Notes under the pieces: generated by a model
What the model was told of the DNA's origin: nothing
The model's input: only the letters and a program-made list of their open reading frames with translations
Databases searched by the model: none
In this document: positions 1-9,845 of the stretch, piece by piece
How the letters are laid out: every line of letters begins with the position of its first letter
Numbering within the stretch: position 1 is the first letter of the stretch
Made by a program: the position numbers and the translations under genes
Source: a virus
Reading direction: 5' to 3' (one strand)
Virus record (IMG/VR): IMGVR_UViG_3300046170_000502
Span: 113,352 to 177,351 of that record
DNA: 64,000 nucleotides

Positions 1-1
1 G

Positions 2-1732
2 TCATTTAATAGCGATAATATTCGCATTAAATCGAGTGCAGAAGGAGCGTTTGAAATTACAAATGCTGGCGGAAGCACATTAATGAGTAGGGCAACTATC
101 GAGAGTGATGTTTCCAGTCTACAGGCTGTAGATACCCAGAATCTCGGTAACCTACAAACAGATCTTTCGAGCTTGAGTGCTCGAAATGATATTGAGGAAA
201 ACTCAACAGACACAGAGGTTTCTAGCTTAGCAGCTAAAGACTCTGATCTCGATACAGATATCTCTAGCCTTGTTGCTAAGGATAGCGGAGTCGATACAGA
301 TATCTCTAGTCTTCATGCTCAGCGCGTTTCTGACGAAGATGCTAACGATTCAGAAATCTCTAGTCTTCAAGCTCAACGCGAAAGCGATGAGAGTACTAAG
401 AACACAGAAGTTTCCAGTCTTCAAGCTCAGCGCGAAAGCGATGAGAGTACTAAGGACACAGAAGTTTCCAGTCTTCAAGCTCAACGCGAAAGCGATGAGA
501 GCACTAAAGATACAGAGGTTTCTAGCTTAACAGCTAAAGACGCTGATCTCGATACAGATATCTCTAGCCTTGTTGCTAAGGATAGCGGAGTCGATACAGA
601 CATCTCTAGTCTTCATGCTCAGCGCGTTTCTGACGAAGATACTAACGATTCAGAAATCTCTAGTCTTCAAGCTCAACGCGAAAGCGATGAGAGTACTAAG
701 GACACAGAAGTTTCCAGTCTTCAAGCTCAGCGCGAAAGCGATGAGAGTACTAAGGACACAGAAGTTTCCAGTCTTCAAGCTCAGCGCGAAAGTGATGAGA
801 GCACTAAAGATACAGAGGTTTCTAGCTTAACAGCTAAAGACGCTGATCTCGATACAGATATCTCTAGCCTTGTTGCTAAGGATAGCGGAGTCGATACAGA
901 CATCTCTAGTCTTCATGCTCAGCGCGTTTCTGACGAAGATACTAACGATTCAGAAATCTCTAGTCTTCAAGCTCAACGTGAAAGCGATGAGAGTACTAAG
1001 GACACAGAAGTTTCCAGTCTTCAAGCTCAGCGCGAAAGTGATGAGAGCACTAAAGATACAGAGGTTTCTAGCTTAACAGCTAAAGACGCTGATCTCGATA
1101 CAGATATCTCTAGCCTTGTTGCTAAGGATAGCGGAGTCGATACAGACATCTCTAGTCTTCATGCTCAGCGCGTTTCTGACGAAGATACTAACGATTCAGA
1201 AATCTCTAGTCTTCAAGCTCAGCGCGAAAGCGATGAGAGTACTAAGGACACAGAAGTTTCCAGTCTTCAAGCTCAGCGCGAAAGTGATGAGAGCACTAAA
1301 GATACAGAAGTTTCCAGTCTTCAAGCTCAGCGCGAAAGCGATGAGAGTACTAAGGACACAGAAGTTTCCAGTCTTCAAGCTCAACGCGAAAGCGATGAGA
1401 GCACTAAAGATACAGAGGTTTCTAGCTTAACAGCTAAAGACACTGATCTCGATACAGATATCTCTAGTTTAGCAGTTGTTGCTTCTGAGAATGATGTAAG
1501 AGTTATCACAGTATCTCTTAATGAAGGAGACACCTCTAAGGCAGTAACATTCCCAAGCGCATTCCCGAATGGATCGGATGTTTCTGCTATCGGAATGATT
1601 AAAGCCGGAACTAATGACGCTATCGTTGCATGTCAACTTAGCGAAATTAGCGTAACTTCTGCAACATTCCAGTTCTCTGATGATATTCCAGCTGGTGGGG
1701 CATACTCATTGGTTGTAATGGCTTCTGCGTAA
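2..1732 (+). CDS. Repetitive coiled-coil fibre protein with C-terminal H-type-lectin-like beta domain (5'-truncated)
   Basis: The frame is open from nt 2 (SFNSDNIRIK...), so the true start lies upstream of the window. About 26 units of 14 or 18 aa each contain SSL. The C-terminal ...KAVTFPSAFP...ISVTSATFQFS resembles the domains in 49279..52417. Confidence 0.7.
   Translation, partial: SFNSDNIRIKSSAEGAFEITNAGGSTLMSRATIESDVSSLQAVDTQNLGNLQTDLSSLSARNDIEENSTDTEVSSLAAKDSDLDTDISSLVAKDSGVDTDISSLHAQRVSDEDANDSEISSLQAQRESDESTKNTEVSSLQAQRESDESTKDTEVSSLQAQRESDESTKDTEVSSLTAKDADLDTDISSLVAKDSGVDTDISSLHAQRVSDEDTNDSEISSLQAQRESDESTKDTEVSSLQAQRESDESTKDTEVSSLQAQRESDESTKDTEVSSLTAKDADLDTDISSLVAKDSGVDTDISSLHAQRVSDEDTNDSEISSLQAQRESDESTKDTEVSSLQAQRESDESTKDTEVSSLTAKDADLDTDISSLVAKDSGVDTDISSLHAQRVSDEDTNDSEISSLQAQRESDESTKDTEVSSLQAQRESDESTKDTEVSSLQAQRESDESTKDTEVSSLQAQRESDESTKDTEVSSLTAKDTDLDTDISSLAVVASENDVRVITVSLNEGDTSKAVTFPSAFPNGSDVSAIGMIKAGTNDAIVACQLSEISVTSATFQFSDDIPAGGAYSLVVMASA
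209..1470 (+). repeat. Higher-order intragenic tandem repeat (42- and 54-bp units in 300/300/246/354-bp blocks)
   Basis: Near-identical DNA blocks recur at offsets of 300, 300, 246 and 354 nt. Confidence 0.95.
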
Positions 1733-1755
1733 TCGAGCAAGATTTATTTATCTTG

Positions 1756-1781
1756 GGCGACCCTTCGGGGTCGCCTTTTTT
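1756..1781 (+). terminator. Rho-independent terminator
   Basis: GGCGACCC-TTCG-GGGTCGCC followed by T6, 23 nt after the fibre stop codon. Confidence 0.93.
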
Positions 1782-1787
1782 GTGTAT
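1782..1787 (+). promoter_or_regulatory. Candidate late promoter GTGTAT
   Basis: 8 nt before ATG 1796, directly after the terminator. Confidence 0.55.
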
Positions 1788-1795
1788 TTATATAT

Positions 1796-2404
1796 ATGCG
1801 AGAAAATAAAGGTGAAGTTTCTAAGAGTGTAAATGAAGAAAAATCAAAACATATAATTGATAAGAAATTTTCAAAATTAAGGCACAAAGCTCTTTATATA
1901 GATTTAGAATATCAAGAAGTCTCGGATATTTTTAAGCAGGCTCAAAAGAATTTTATATCATCAATGTTTCAATATTGCTCTGAAAGAAAAATAAGGCCGC
2001 CTCTAGATGACCCTGGAGGTGGAGATAAAAAAAAGAATTCAAAAAATAAAGACGAAGGTATAAAAGATTTATATAGAGAAATAGTTAAGATGACCCACCC
2101 TGATAAAACAGCAAATTTATCAGAAGAAGAAATCGAATCTAGGACCGAACTTTACAATGAAGCCGTTAAGGGAAAGCAGGAGGGTGATTTTTGGACTATA
2201 TTTAAAACTGCATTAGAATTAGATATACCAATTAATAATATATCTTTTGAGTATATAGAAAGGATAGAAAAAACGATATTTAAATTAGAGGGTAAAATAA
2301 ATAAAATAAAAGATGATTTGATGTATAAGTGGTATTTTGCGGAAGAAGATGTTCAACTAGATATCTTTGATAAAATAACTGCTAATCAAGAAAAATACGA
2401 ATAA
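1796..2404 (+). CDS. J-domain (DnaJ-like) protein
   Basis: IKDLYREIVKMTHPDK...ELYNEAVK contains the HPD motif in J-domain context. Confidence 0.7.
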   Translation: MRENKGEVSKSVNEEKSKHIIDKKFSKLRHKALYIDLEYQEVSDIFKQAQKNFISSMFQYCSERKIRPPLDDPGGGDKKKNSKNKDEGIKDLYREIVKMTHPDKTANLSEEEIESRTELYNEAVKGKQEGDFWTIFKTALELDIPINNISFEYIERIEKTIFKLEGKINKIKDDLMYKWYFAEEDVQLDIFDKITANQEKYE

Positions 2405-2420
2405 TTTTATATAATATATT

Positions 2421-2612
2421 ATGAAAGTTGAATTTTACAACGTAAAGAAAAAAACAAAAGTTCAGGTAGACAGAGATAGGGTTAGTAAGCATGCGTACGA
2501 GAAAGCTTCCAAGATGGGTTCTTTAGTTATAAGATACGCTCTTAAGGCTGTCGATGAGGATGGCACCAAGCTTAGTAAGTTTTGCAGCAAAGCCGATTAC
2601 GATAGTATTTAA
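2421..2612 (+). CDS. Small basic protein, possibly nucleic-acid binding
   Basis: 63 aa, Lys-rich; EFYNVKKK N-terminus. Confidence 0.6.
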   Translation: MKVEFYNVKKKTKVQVDRDRVSKHAYEKASKMGSLVIRYALKAVDEDGTKLSKFCSKADYDSI

Positions 2613-5198
2613 CTATTCGGATATCACGAATGTGGCTGGATTTGACGTGGAGCTATTTGCAGCTCTATTTAATTTATCTAAATTAAAGACGTAATCTGCG
2701 TTGGGGTTAACTAATCCATTTTGGTCGCAAACTGTAAATTTATTGTTAACGTCAAAAGAATTGTTTAATTGTGTTCCGTTGGCGTATGACTGGTATGTGT
2801 ATGACGTACCTCCGTTAGGAGCCGTACCCCCTTCTGATACATTCTCAAACGTAATATTACTTGGGTTTATTGAGGTGGTACCTATTGGTGCTAAACCTGC
2901 GCCCAAACTATTTGGTGAGGCTATAACAGTTCTTGAGGTAAAACCTTCGAGAGTGTATGTGGGGTTGCTTGATATTGAAGTAGTTTCTATATTTGCTAAA
3001 TTAAAAGCTGACACCTGCCAATCAAACGTTCCTTTTGAGTCTGCATCGGATACCGTTAAGGTGTAAGCATTACTAGTTTTTCCAGAACCAGAAGCTGTTT
3101 GAGTGAGCTGGGAGGGGTTTATTTGGGAAGCGTCTACATTTAGTGTTGGTGAATTCAGCATTAGTTGACTTGTTGTTAAATTGAAATTATCACTGGTTGG
3201 AGATGTTGATGTTTTTATCTTTAAAGCTAGGTTATTTATATTTATTGTCAAAGGCGTGTTTGCTATATTTACAGTTTTATAAGATTCTAGGACTGCGCCG
3301 TTCGAGTCTCTGGTAGCTGTTATTCTTAGATTGCTTTGGCCGCCATCTCCATCTACATTATATCCTCCAGAAAGGTAATCCACGCTTTTATTTGTTTCAA
3401 ATAAGGATGGGTTACTTATTGTTATTTGATTGTTTGGTGATGTGTAGCTTATTAGGTCATGATTTATTACTATATTTTCTACGCTAGCTGATTCCGTAGA
3501 CTTTATAGCTTGTTGGTTGGCTGGGTACGTTACTGGGCCAAAGCTTATAGATGGAACTGTAGAGTTATGAATTTCCGCTTTATCAGCCGTTTCAACTGGA
3601 TCACTAATCGTTCCAAAATTGTTTATAGCCTTAAAGGTTGCACTTTGGTTCCCGTCTCTAGCTGAAGAGCCAAGCGGCCCAAATACATCAATTGGTACTG
3701 AGAATTCGAAGTTACCATTAGGTAGTGAGCTTTTCGAATAGTTTGAAGAAAATGAGGATTGACTTCCATCGCTAACTCCTAGGTTTTCGACCGATATAGA
3801 TATATCATTTATAGAAACTCCGTTTCCGTTTATTTCTATTTTTGAATTAACTACATCTCCAGCCTTAATTTGAGATGAACCTATAATATGAGGTGCGGAG
3901 GAAGAACTTGCTAGTGAATCTAATTGTGTTGAAACTATTACTGGGCCATTGGCGATTTTAACTTTTACTTTTTTTGTGTCAGTGGCTCCATTACCGGTTC
4001 TTACTGCGTAAATTTCTATGTTATCATTATTGTTATATATCCCGTTGACATAATCGACAGTTTTCGTTGCCTCAAAATCAATTTGATTTATCATTGATAT
4101 CTGTGGGTCTAATATTTCATAACTAACGAAATCTATTCCGTCTACCCAGTTGGATATTGAGTTTGAGAAGGTGGTTGATTCTCCTTCCCTTAAGCCATCT
4201 GACCTGCCGTTGTAAGATGATGGGTCTGATGCGGAGATTGTCGGATAAACTTGATCTAAGTCTCTGGTTCCACTATTATGACCAAAGTCAGAAGACTCTT
4301 TTAGGTCTCCTGTGCTACCAAATGAATCTACCGCTTGAACCGCTACAGATAAGGAGCCCTGTCTGTTCGAAATATCAACTGGTATTGTAGCTCTATATAA
4401 ACCATCTACGCTTTGTAATGAATAGTTTGCATAATTCACTTCTTCAGCCAAGCCAAAATCATGAACTTTAATTAAATCGACATCATTTCTATCAAAATCT
4501 ACATAAATATTGATAGAGTCCCCTTGTTTTAAATGGCTTGAACCTAAGGTCTCCCCGGGTTTGGCTGTTGCATTTTGAATTTCATCTATTAATACGTTAA
4601 CTGGAGTTGGCCCTCCTCCTAACTCTAATAGGGGTAATACGGAGGTTCTCCCGTTAGCTGAGCCAGTTATCCCTGTTAGACCTTCTGCGTTTAAGTTGTC
4701 GATGAAGCCCATAAATCTTCTAGTATCTGTACCTAGCTGAGATATGTTAGATTCGGGTATTTTTTGACCATTGATATAAGCTTCGCCCATGTACGTTTCA
4801 TTTGGTCCGTCCCATTTGAAATAAACCTTTAGGTCTTCTGCTGTAGCTACAGTAACTCCGGATAGAAAAGTGTTTGGATCTGGGGTGTTATAGAATGTTT
4901 TTTGAGTAACTCCGATATTATCTTCGATATCCGAGAAAAAGCAAAACTCAGATGCCCCAGATTGGATTTGTGATACTGATGTTCCTAATCTCGAGACATC
5001 GACCCCGTCAAGAGTTAAACCGCTTACGAAATTACCACTAATAAATTCAACACTATCAGAAGTTCTCACATTCTGATTCATTGAGAATTCTACGTCTCCA
5101 ATATATAAATTATCAAAAACACCCGTAGCCCAAGCCTTGTTTACTCTACCTACGCTACCTTCTCCGCTATTTCGTGGTACTAAATTTCTGGTTGCCAT
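2613..5198 (-). CDS. Large Ser/Asn/Gly-rich putative virion protein with internal duplication
   Basis: 861 aa, beta-rich composition; two related modules (GSSHLKQGD/GSSQIKAGD; FEATKTVDYVNG/FETNKSVDYLSG); GTGTAA motif upstream. Confidence 0.6.
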   Translation of the reverse strand: MATRNLVPRNSGEGSVGRVNKAWATGVFDNLYIGDVEFSMNQNVRTSDSVEFISGNFVSGLTLDGVDVSRLGTSVSQIQSGASEFCFFSDIEDNIGVTQKTFYNTPDPNTFLSGVTVATAEDLKVYFKWDGPNETYMGEAYINGQKIPESNISQLGTDTRRFMGFIDNLNAEGLTGITGSANGRTSVLPLLELGGGPTPVNVLIDEIQNATAKPGETLGSSHLKQGDSINIYVDFDRNDVDLIKVHDFGLAEEVNYANYSLQSVDGLYRATIPVDISNRQGSLSVAVQAVDSFGSTGDLKESSDFGHNSGTRDLDQVYPTISASDPSSYNGRSDGLREGESTTFSNSISNWVDGIDFVSYEILDPQISMINQIDFEATKTVDYVNGIYNNNDNIEIYAVRTGNGATDTKKVKVKIANGPVIVSTQLDSLASSSSAPHIIGSSQIKAGDVVNSKIEINGNGVSINDISISVENLGVSDGSQSSFSSNYSKSSLPNGNFEFSVPIDVFGPLGSSARDGNQSATFKAINNFGTISDPVETADKAEIHNSTVPSISFGPVTYPANQQAIKSTESASVENIVINHDLISYTSPNNQITISNPSLFETNKSVDYLSGGYNVDGDGGQSNLRITATRDSNGAVLESYKTVNIANTPLTININNLALKIKTSTSPTSDNFNLTTSQLMLNSPTLNVDASQINPSQLTQTASGSGKTSNAYTLTVSDADSKGTFDWQVSAFNLANIETTSISSNPTYTLEGFTSRTVIASPNSLGAGLAPIGTTSINPSNITFENVSEGGTAPNGGTSYTYQSYANGTQLNNSFDVNNKFTVCDQNGLVNPNADYVFNLDKLNRAANSSTSNPATFVISE

Positions 5199-5206
5199 TA
5201 TGTTTA

Positions 5207-5212
5207 TTACAC
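5207..5212 (-). promoter_or_regulatory. Candidate late promoter GTGTAA
   Basis: 8 nt before ATG 5198. Confidence 0.6.
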
Positions 5213-5221
5213 TTTATATTT

Positions 5222-5626
5222 CTAAATTGATATATCATCCGTAAATGCCTCTGGGCCTGTATTATATCTCCAATGATTAGATCTTAGTTCTAGATCATTC
5301 TCATTCCTTAGTATCCACATTGTGTCTGATATGTGCTTAGCGTTTGAGGGTGTCAAGTCTCCATTTTCATCTTCCTCAAAAGCTTCACTTAATGTATATC
5401 TAGATTCGGCAAAATTGTTTTCTATGTTTTGTAAAAAAGAAAGGTCTCCTGTTAGATATTCTATAAAGTTTAGGCCGCTAACAAATAAACCGGAAGTCGC
5501 TTGTACTTGAGCAACTTCAAGTTTTCCATCATCTAGTTTTAATTGGGGTTGTAGGGGGTTTTGTCCTATTATATAATTATTTGGACCTACTCTTTTGAGG
5601 GGTTTTTGAACTTCGAAGAATTGCAT
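5222..5626 (-). CDS. Hypothetical protein
   Basis: 134-aa ORF tightly packed with its neighbours. Confidence 0.7.
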   Translation of the reverse strand: MQFFEVQKPLKRVGPNNYIIGQNPLQPQLKLDDGKLEVAQVQATSGLFVSGLNFIEYLTGDLSFLQNIENNFAESRYTLSEAFEEDENGDLTPSNAKHISDTMWILRNENDLELRSNHWRYNTGPEAFTDDISI

Positions 5627-5631
5627 AATAT

Positions 5632-6576
5632 TTAATAAATTACGTCGGAGGTTCCGGTCTCTTTGTATGTAACTGTATACTTAACGGTATATCCTGATAT
5701 TGTGTGCGGTCTCTTTACGAAAACTTTTTTAGCTTCATCGCTGTTAATTTGAACTGATGTATCTGGGTATAAATACATTATGTTATTATTTTCTGGATCA
5801 TCTGTTCTATTTATATCGTAGGTCTCATCTATAGTGTGAAATTGTATAGGGTACGGAGATTCATTAAATATCAACACACTTTCTGCTAGGCCCATATCAT
5901 ATAATTCCGAAAAATCTTTAAGTTCGTAGGAGTTTATGGGGCTAGCTTTATCGTTTTCCTGACGTAATCCATAAGCAGTATCCGTATGAAATACACCTTC
6001 AGAATGCTGCGGTCTAGAGGGGTCTGTATCCTCTGCGTGGATGAAATAATTTGGATGCCCTGTCTCCGGTGTGCTTGGGTTGGTTCTCGCATTTGAGAAA
6101 TGAGTATTATAGATATCATCCATAACGAATCTATCAATACCATAAGTATCCCCAGAGTACGCGCCATGTCTATCGCTATCAGGTATGTTCTCTAGTAAAA
6201 TGAAGTCCTCTTCAATTTTTTGATTAACCGTCTTCGTTAGCAATTTCCATTCCTGGGTGTCTATTCTGTCGATATTTACTATCGCTCCGGTTTGACTTGC
6301 AATGCCAGAAGAAATTTCGGAAAGTAATCCTGATACCACATCCCCACCTAAGCCAACATTAATGGAACCTGATAGGCCTGATATTAGGTCTGACAGGTTC
6401 CCTATGTCTACGCTACCACTAGCTAAACCTAGATTTCCACCACCACCACCACCAGCTGGTTCCCACCTACTTTCTCCGCTATTCCAGTTGTAACTAAAGA
6501 CTGGCTGGGGAGACAGGTGGTCTAATTTTGTAATATCCGTATATAACGGATTGTTTTTGAATCCTGAATTCGACAT
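5632..6576 (-). CDS. Hypothetical protein, possibly structural
   Basis: 314-aa ORF with a Gly-rich linker; GTGTAA motif upstream. Confidence 0.7.
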   Translation of the reverse strand: MSNSGFKNNPLYTDITKLDHLSPQPVFSYNWNSGESRWEPAGGGGGGNLGLASGSVDIGNLSDLISGLSGSINVGLGGDVVSGLLSEISSGIASQTGAIVNIDRIDTQEWKLLTKTVNQKIEEDFILLENIPDSDRHGAYSGDTYGIDRFVMDDIYNTHFSNARTNPSTPETGHPNYFIHAEDTDPSRPQHSEGVFHTDTAYGLRQENDKASPINSYELKDFSELYDMGLAESVLIFNESPYPIQFHTIDETYDINRTDDPENNNIMYLYPDTSVQINSDEAKKVFVKRPHTISGYTVKYTVTYKETGTSDVIY

Positions 6577-6587
6577 TTCAGGAGTTA

Positions 6588-6593
6588 TTACAC
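6588..6593 (-). promoter_or_regulatory. Candidate late promoter GTGTAA
   Basis: 11 nt before ATG 6576. Confidence 0.55.
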
Positions 6594-6599
6594 TTTTTT

Positions 6600-6944
6600 T
6601 TAGCCCCTATCTAGAGGATGCTTTAAACCTCTTCTTTTTTTACTATATTCCTTGAAGTATTTCTTCCTTAAGGGGTCGTAGCCAAGCTTATCCTCTCTTT
6701 TCTGGCTCATTTCCTTACTTTGGTCTATTATATCTCCGTATGTACCTTTTTGGTTTCCTGTTTTACTTATAAAACTATTATTGTCAAAAGGGTCTACCTT
6801 TGAATCTATATTTGCTTGCGGACTATGAAAAACCCTTTTCCATTGGACCCCTTTTTCGTCTACGTAAATATGTTCTTCATTCATGGTTTGAATGATATCT
6901 ATAGTTTTTTCTGTCTCAGGGTGCTCGTATGTATACAAAGGCAT
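6600..6944 (-). CDS. FmdB-like (degenerate zinc-ribbon) protein
   Basis: The MPLYTYEHPET...WKRVF N-terminus matches the FmdB-type pattern but lacks Cys. Confidence 0.45.
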   Translation of the reverse strand: MPLYTYEHPETEKTIDIIQTMNEEHIYVDEKGVQWKRVFHSPQANIDSKVDPFDNNSFISKTGNQKGTYGDIIDQSKEMSQKREDKLGYDPLRKKYFKEYSKKRRGLKHPLDRG

Positions 6945-7999
6945 TATTCTAATATTTTTTCTAATGTATTTTTATATGTAAATTTTTCTTTCAATTTTAT
7001 TCCTTCTTTATTATCTATCTTACATAGTTTTTCAGCTTTTTCCATAGCTGATATTAAATCATTTTCATTAAATGTATATATACTACCTTGATTGAAGTTA
7101 GATCCTTCATGAAAAAAAATGTTATCATAAACTTTTTCCTCGCCATTAGGCTCAACGAGTATGCAGTTTTCTTTGTTAGCCCAATCTTTATGGGAGGTGG
7201 AGTTTAAAACTATACTCCACTTTCCTAGACAGGTTGCGTTAAAAGAAGGGAGGTTCCAACCTTCGGCTCCGCTCATACCTCCTAAGTCGATATCTATTGA
7301 GTTTATAAAGTCATTAACTTGGCTGTTATGAGGCAGGAAAGGTAGGAAATTAATATTCCCATATCTAGCGCCTCCTAGAAGATTGTTGATAAGGGATTCC
7401 ATTTGCTCTTTCTTGAAAAAGGGGTTATTAATGCAACAGGTTAGTTGGTAGTTGTAATTATTTCCGTATTTCTTAATCCAGGTTTTTATTATTTTTTCAG
7501 TATGCTTTCTTTTTTCGAATTTACCCATTAAGCCGAAATGGATCTTATCGGGCATGTAGGATTTGTTTGTCTTATGAAAGTAGTTATCAAAGCCCAAAGG
7601 GGCGAAACTTGATCCTCTGAAACTGGATTGAGCATAGGAACTGCTAAATACAACTTTGTCTTGCATTTTAGCCAGGTTTATTTCGCTTTCAGTTGGTTGA
7701 TTTAATTCGTAGAAGGTATAAAGAATTTGCTTTGAGGATATCCTATTTTCACAGCCGTTCAAGTGCCACATTTGGAGTGTTGTCGAATTTCTTTCTATTT
7801 TTTTATATCTATCATCTATAGATTCTTTAATCCATGATAAGAAGTCTTTATCCTTATTATCGAAAGAGCTTAAATCAACTTTTCCTATAGGGAAGAAAGC
7901 TAGATCTAAATCTAATTTATACATTTCTTTTAGTAGGTTGATCGAAACATTACCGAATGATAATGAATTTATTGGGCCTTTGTATATTATATTTTTCAT
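6944..7999 (-). CDS. Glycosyltransferase, GT-B/GT4-like
   Basis: FGLMGKFEKRKH...GAEGWNLPSFNATCLGK, a variant of the GT4 EGFGLP motif. Confidence 0.75.
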   Translation of the reverse strand: MKNIIYKGPINSLSFGNVSINLLKEMYKLDLDLAFFPIGKVDLSSFDNKDKDFLSWIKESIDDRYKKIERNSTTLQMWHLNGCENRISSKQILYTFYELNQPTESEINLAKMQDKVVFSSSYAQSSFRGSSFAPLGFDNYFHKTNKSYMPDKIHFGLMGKFEKRKHTEKIIKTWIKKYGNNYNYQLTCCINNPFFKKEQMESLINNLLGGARYGNINFLPFLPHNSQVNDFINSIDIDLGGMSGAEGWNLPSFNATCLGKWSIVLNSTSHKDWANKENCILVEPNGEEKVYDNIFFHEGSNFNQGSIYTFNENDLISAMEKAEKLCKIDNKEGIKLKEKFTYKNTLEKILE

Positions 8000-8001
8000 A
8001 T

Positions 8002-8385
8002 TTAGAATGGTATGTCCGCGAACTCGTCTTCTTGGATTATTTTATCGGCCACTTCTTCGGCTTTTGTTTGTTGTTTATCCTCTTTGTGTTTATCTAAAAA
8101 TGTAACTATATCCCCAACACAGTATATTTTATTCCTCTTTTCTCCGGATTGAGATGTCCATGATGATTGTTGTAGTCTACCCTCTATTAAAACTTTTCTA
8201 CCTTTCGATAGAAATCTATTGCAATTTTCTGCAACTTTGTTCCATGTTTCGATATCCATAAAGACCGTCGAGCCACTAACTATATTTGTGATACCTATGG
8301 AGAATTCACATACATTTTTGCCACTTTTTGTTTTTTTGAATATTGGGTCTTTGGTCAAGTACCCTAATCCTATAAATTTATTCAA
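8002..8385 (-). CDS. ssb: Single-stranded DNA-binding protein
   Basis: LGYLTKDP, ETWNKVAENC...KGRKVLIEGRL, acidic C-terminal DIPF tail. Confidence 0.92.
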   Translation of the reverse strand: MNKFIGLGYLTKDPIFKKTKSGKNVCEFSIGITNIVSGSTVFMDIETWNKVAENCNRFLSKGRKVLIEGRLQQSSWTSQSGEKRNKIYCVGDIVTFLDKHKEDKQQTKAEEVADKIIQEDEFADIPF

Positions 8386-8386
8386 G

Positions 8387-8989
8387 TTATGATCCTCCTT
8401 CTATTTCTTCGTTTAACTCGTCTTGTATGTAATTTACCACTGAGTTATGTATGTTTATACAACCTTGTATACTAAGGTTCATCTTTGATCCGATATCTTT
8501 CCATGGCATAACTTTATTCCTCTGTCCTATAATATACCTCATGTTGAATATTTTTTCAACCCTTTTATCTGGGTGCTTCGAGATTAATGACAGAACCTTG
8601 TTAAATAGATCCCTCTTTATATTTGATTCTATTGAGTTTTCGTGAGGATCGTTATTTTCTGGCATGTTTTCTATATTTTCTGCATGAAATGCTGGCCTAC
8701 GCTTATTCTTGTTGTAGCTATTGAGGCACATCCACTTGGTTTCATTTCCGAGATAAGTGCTGAATTTCGCACCTTTAGTTTTGTCGAATTTTAATGCTGC
8801 GCTGTAGATTTTATATTCTTTATCTTTTATCAATTCACCATAGTTTGCGAATTGATTATCAGGGCTAGAGTAGCTATTGACCATATCTAGGTATATGCCA
8901 CTGTGCCTGTCTATTAACATAGATAAGCTTTTTTCAGTATTAACATCTGCTTGAATGTTTTCTATTAAGTTCTCGTCTGATATTTCCAT
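8387..8989 (-). CDS. Phage sigma70-family sigma factor (regions 2 and 4)
   Basis: KFDKTKGAKFSTY (region 2); EKIFNMRY...WKDIGSKMNLS (region 4 HTH). Confidence 0.8.
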   Translation of the reverse strand: MEISDENLIENIQADVNTEKSLSMLIDRHSGIYLDMVNSYSSPDNQFANYGELIKDKEYKIYSAALKFDKTKGAKFSTYLGNETKWMCLNSYNKNKRRPAFHAENIENMPENNDPHENSIESNIKRDLFNKVLSLISKHPDKRVEKIFNMRYIIGQRNKVMPWKDIGSKMNLSIQGCINIHNSVVNYIQDELNEEIEGGS

Positions 8990-9540
8990 TAGTTTATAAT
9001 TGTTTTTAAAATTTCTCTAACCGCCGATTCTTGGTTTTTGCGGATGTTATCCCTAAAGTCCTCCCATGTGATTTTATGTCTTGATTTTGCGCGCAGAATC
9101 GGATCATTTTTTGTCTCGTCTTCGTTAGGTGGAGAGATTCCTTTTCTTGTTATATGTATTGACTCACCCCCTATATCATGAACCCAGTTTATCTCATTCG
9201 GGAACCTAACGTCAGTTATAAAAACTAACTTTCCTGATTTTACTTCGCTTTTTACGCTATCGTTGATTTTATCAATCCAGCAATTTTCATCAAGCTTTCT
9301 TCTTATATGAGTTCCGTAGGTCACCAAGAAAGGTCTAATTAAAGCTTTCTCTTCTGAGTTTTCGGTAAACGCTGAAATATTTACATTCCTAATTAGAAAA
9401 GGGTCACATTCATGTTTTAAGCAGTCAGCGAAGGCGTACCTTTTGTGCTTTATGCCCATTTGCTTAAGCATAGGTTTTGATATTTCATAAAACGAATCTT
9501 TTCCGCTTCTTGCTAATCCAGATATTCCTACAACTTTCAT
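8989..9540 (-). CDS. Deoxynucleoside monophosphate kinase
   Basis: GISGLARSGKDS P-loop, AFADCLK, ITDVRFPNE. Confidence 0.85.
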   Translation of the reverse strand: MKVVGISGLARSGKDSFYEISKPMLKQMGIKHKRYAFADCLKHECDPFLIRNVNISAFTENSEEKALIRPFLVTYGTHIRRKLDENCWIDKINDSVKSEVKSGKLVFITDVRFPNEINWVHDIGGESIHITRKGISPPNEDETKNDPILRAKSRHKITWEDFRDNIRKNQESAVREILKTIIN

Positions 9541-9541
9541 G

Positions 9542-9838
9542 CTATGCTCCGAAGATGTATCTCACATCGTTGGACAACTCGTAGAGTCCCGCGTTGGCTA
9601 ACATCATTGATACTGAATGATAGGATATTAGTTCATCGTATTCTTCTTCCATCGCATCTGGTTTTAACTCATGAGATATCATAACGGATGATAACTCTAA
9701 GCTTTTCCCCTTGCGAAGTAACATTTCTTTGAGCGCCTCGGTGCAGGCCTCTTGCTCGTCGTAGGCTTCAATTATGACCGACCAACTAGAACATCTTATC
9801 ATAAAGTATTTATTTTCACTTAGGTCTATAAATTTCAT
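9542..9838 (-). CDS. Hypothetical protein (start revised to ATG 9838)
   Basis: The TTG at 9874 used by the ORF track is the -35 box of the promoter. Confidence 0.65.
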   Translation of the reverse strand: MKFIDLSENKYFMIRCSSWSVIIEAYDEQEACTEALKEMLLRKGKSLELSSVMISHELKPDAMEEEYDELISYHSVSMMLANAGLYELSNDVRYIFGA

Positions 9839-9845
9839 TGTTACT

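Noticed and set aside
270-1430. Repeated 68-104-aa ORFs (MLLRIAES...) and an antisense ORF inside the fibre gene
   Set aside because: Alternate-frame shadows of the tandem repeat.
209-1470. Possible CRISPR array
   Set aside because: The repeats are contiguous and in-frame coding, with no unique spacers and no cas genes.
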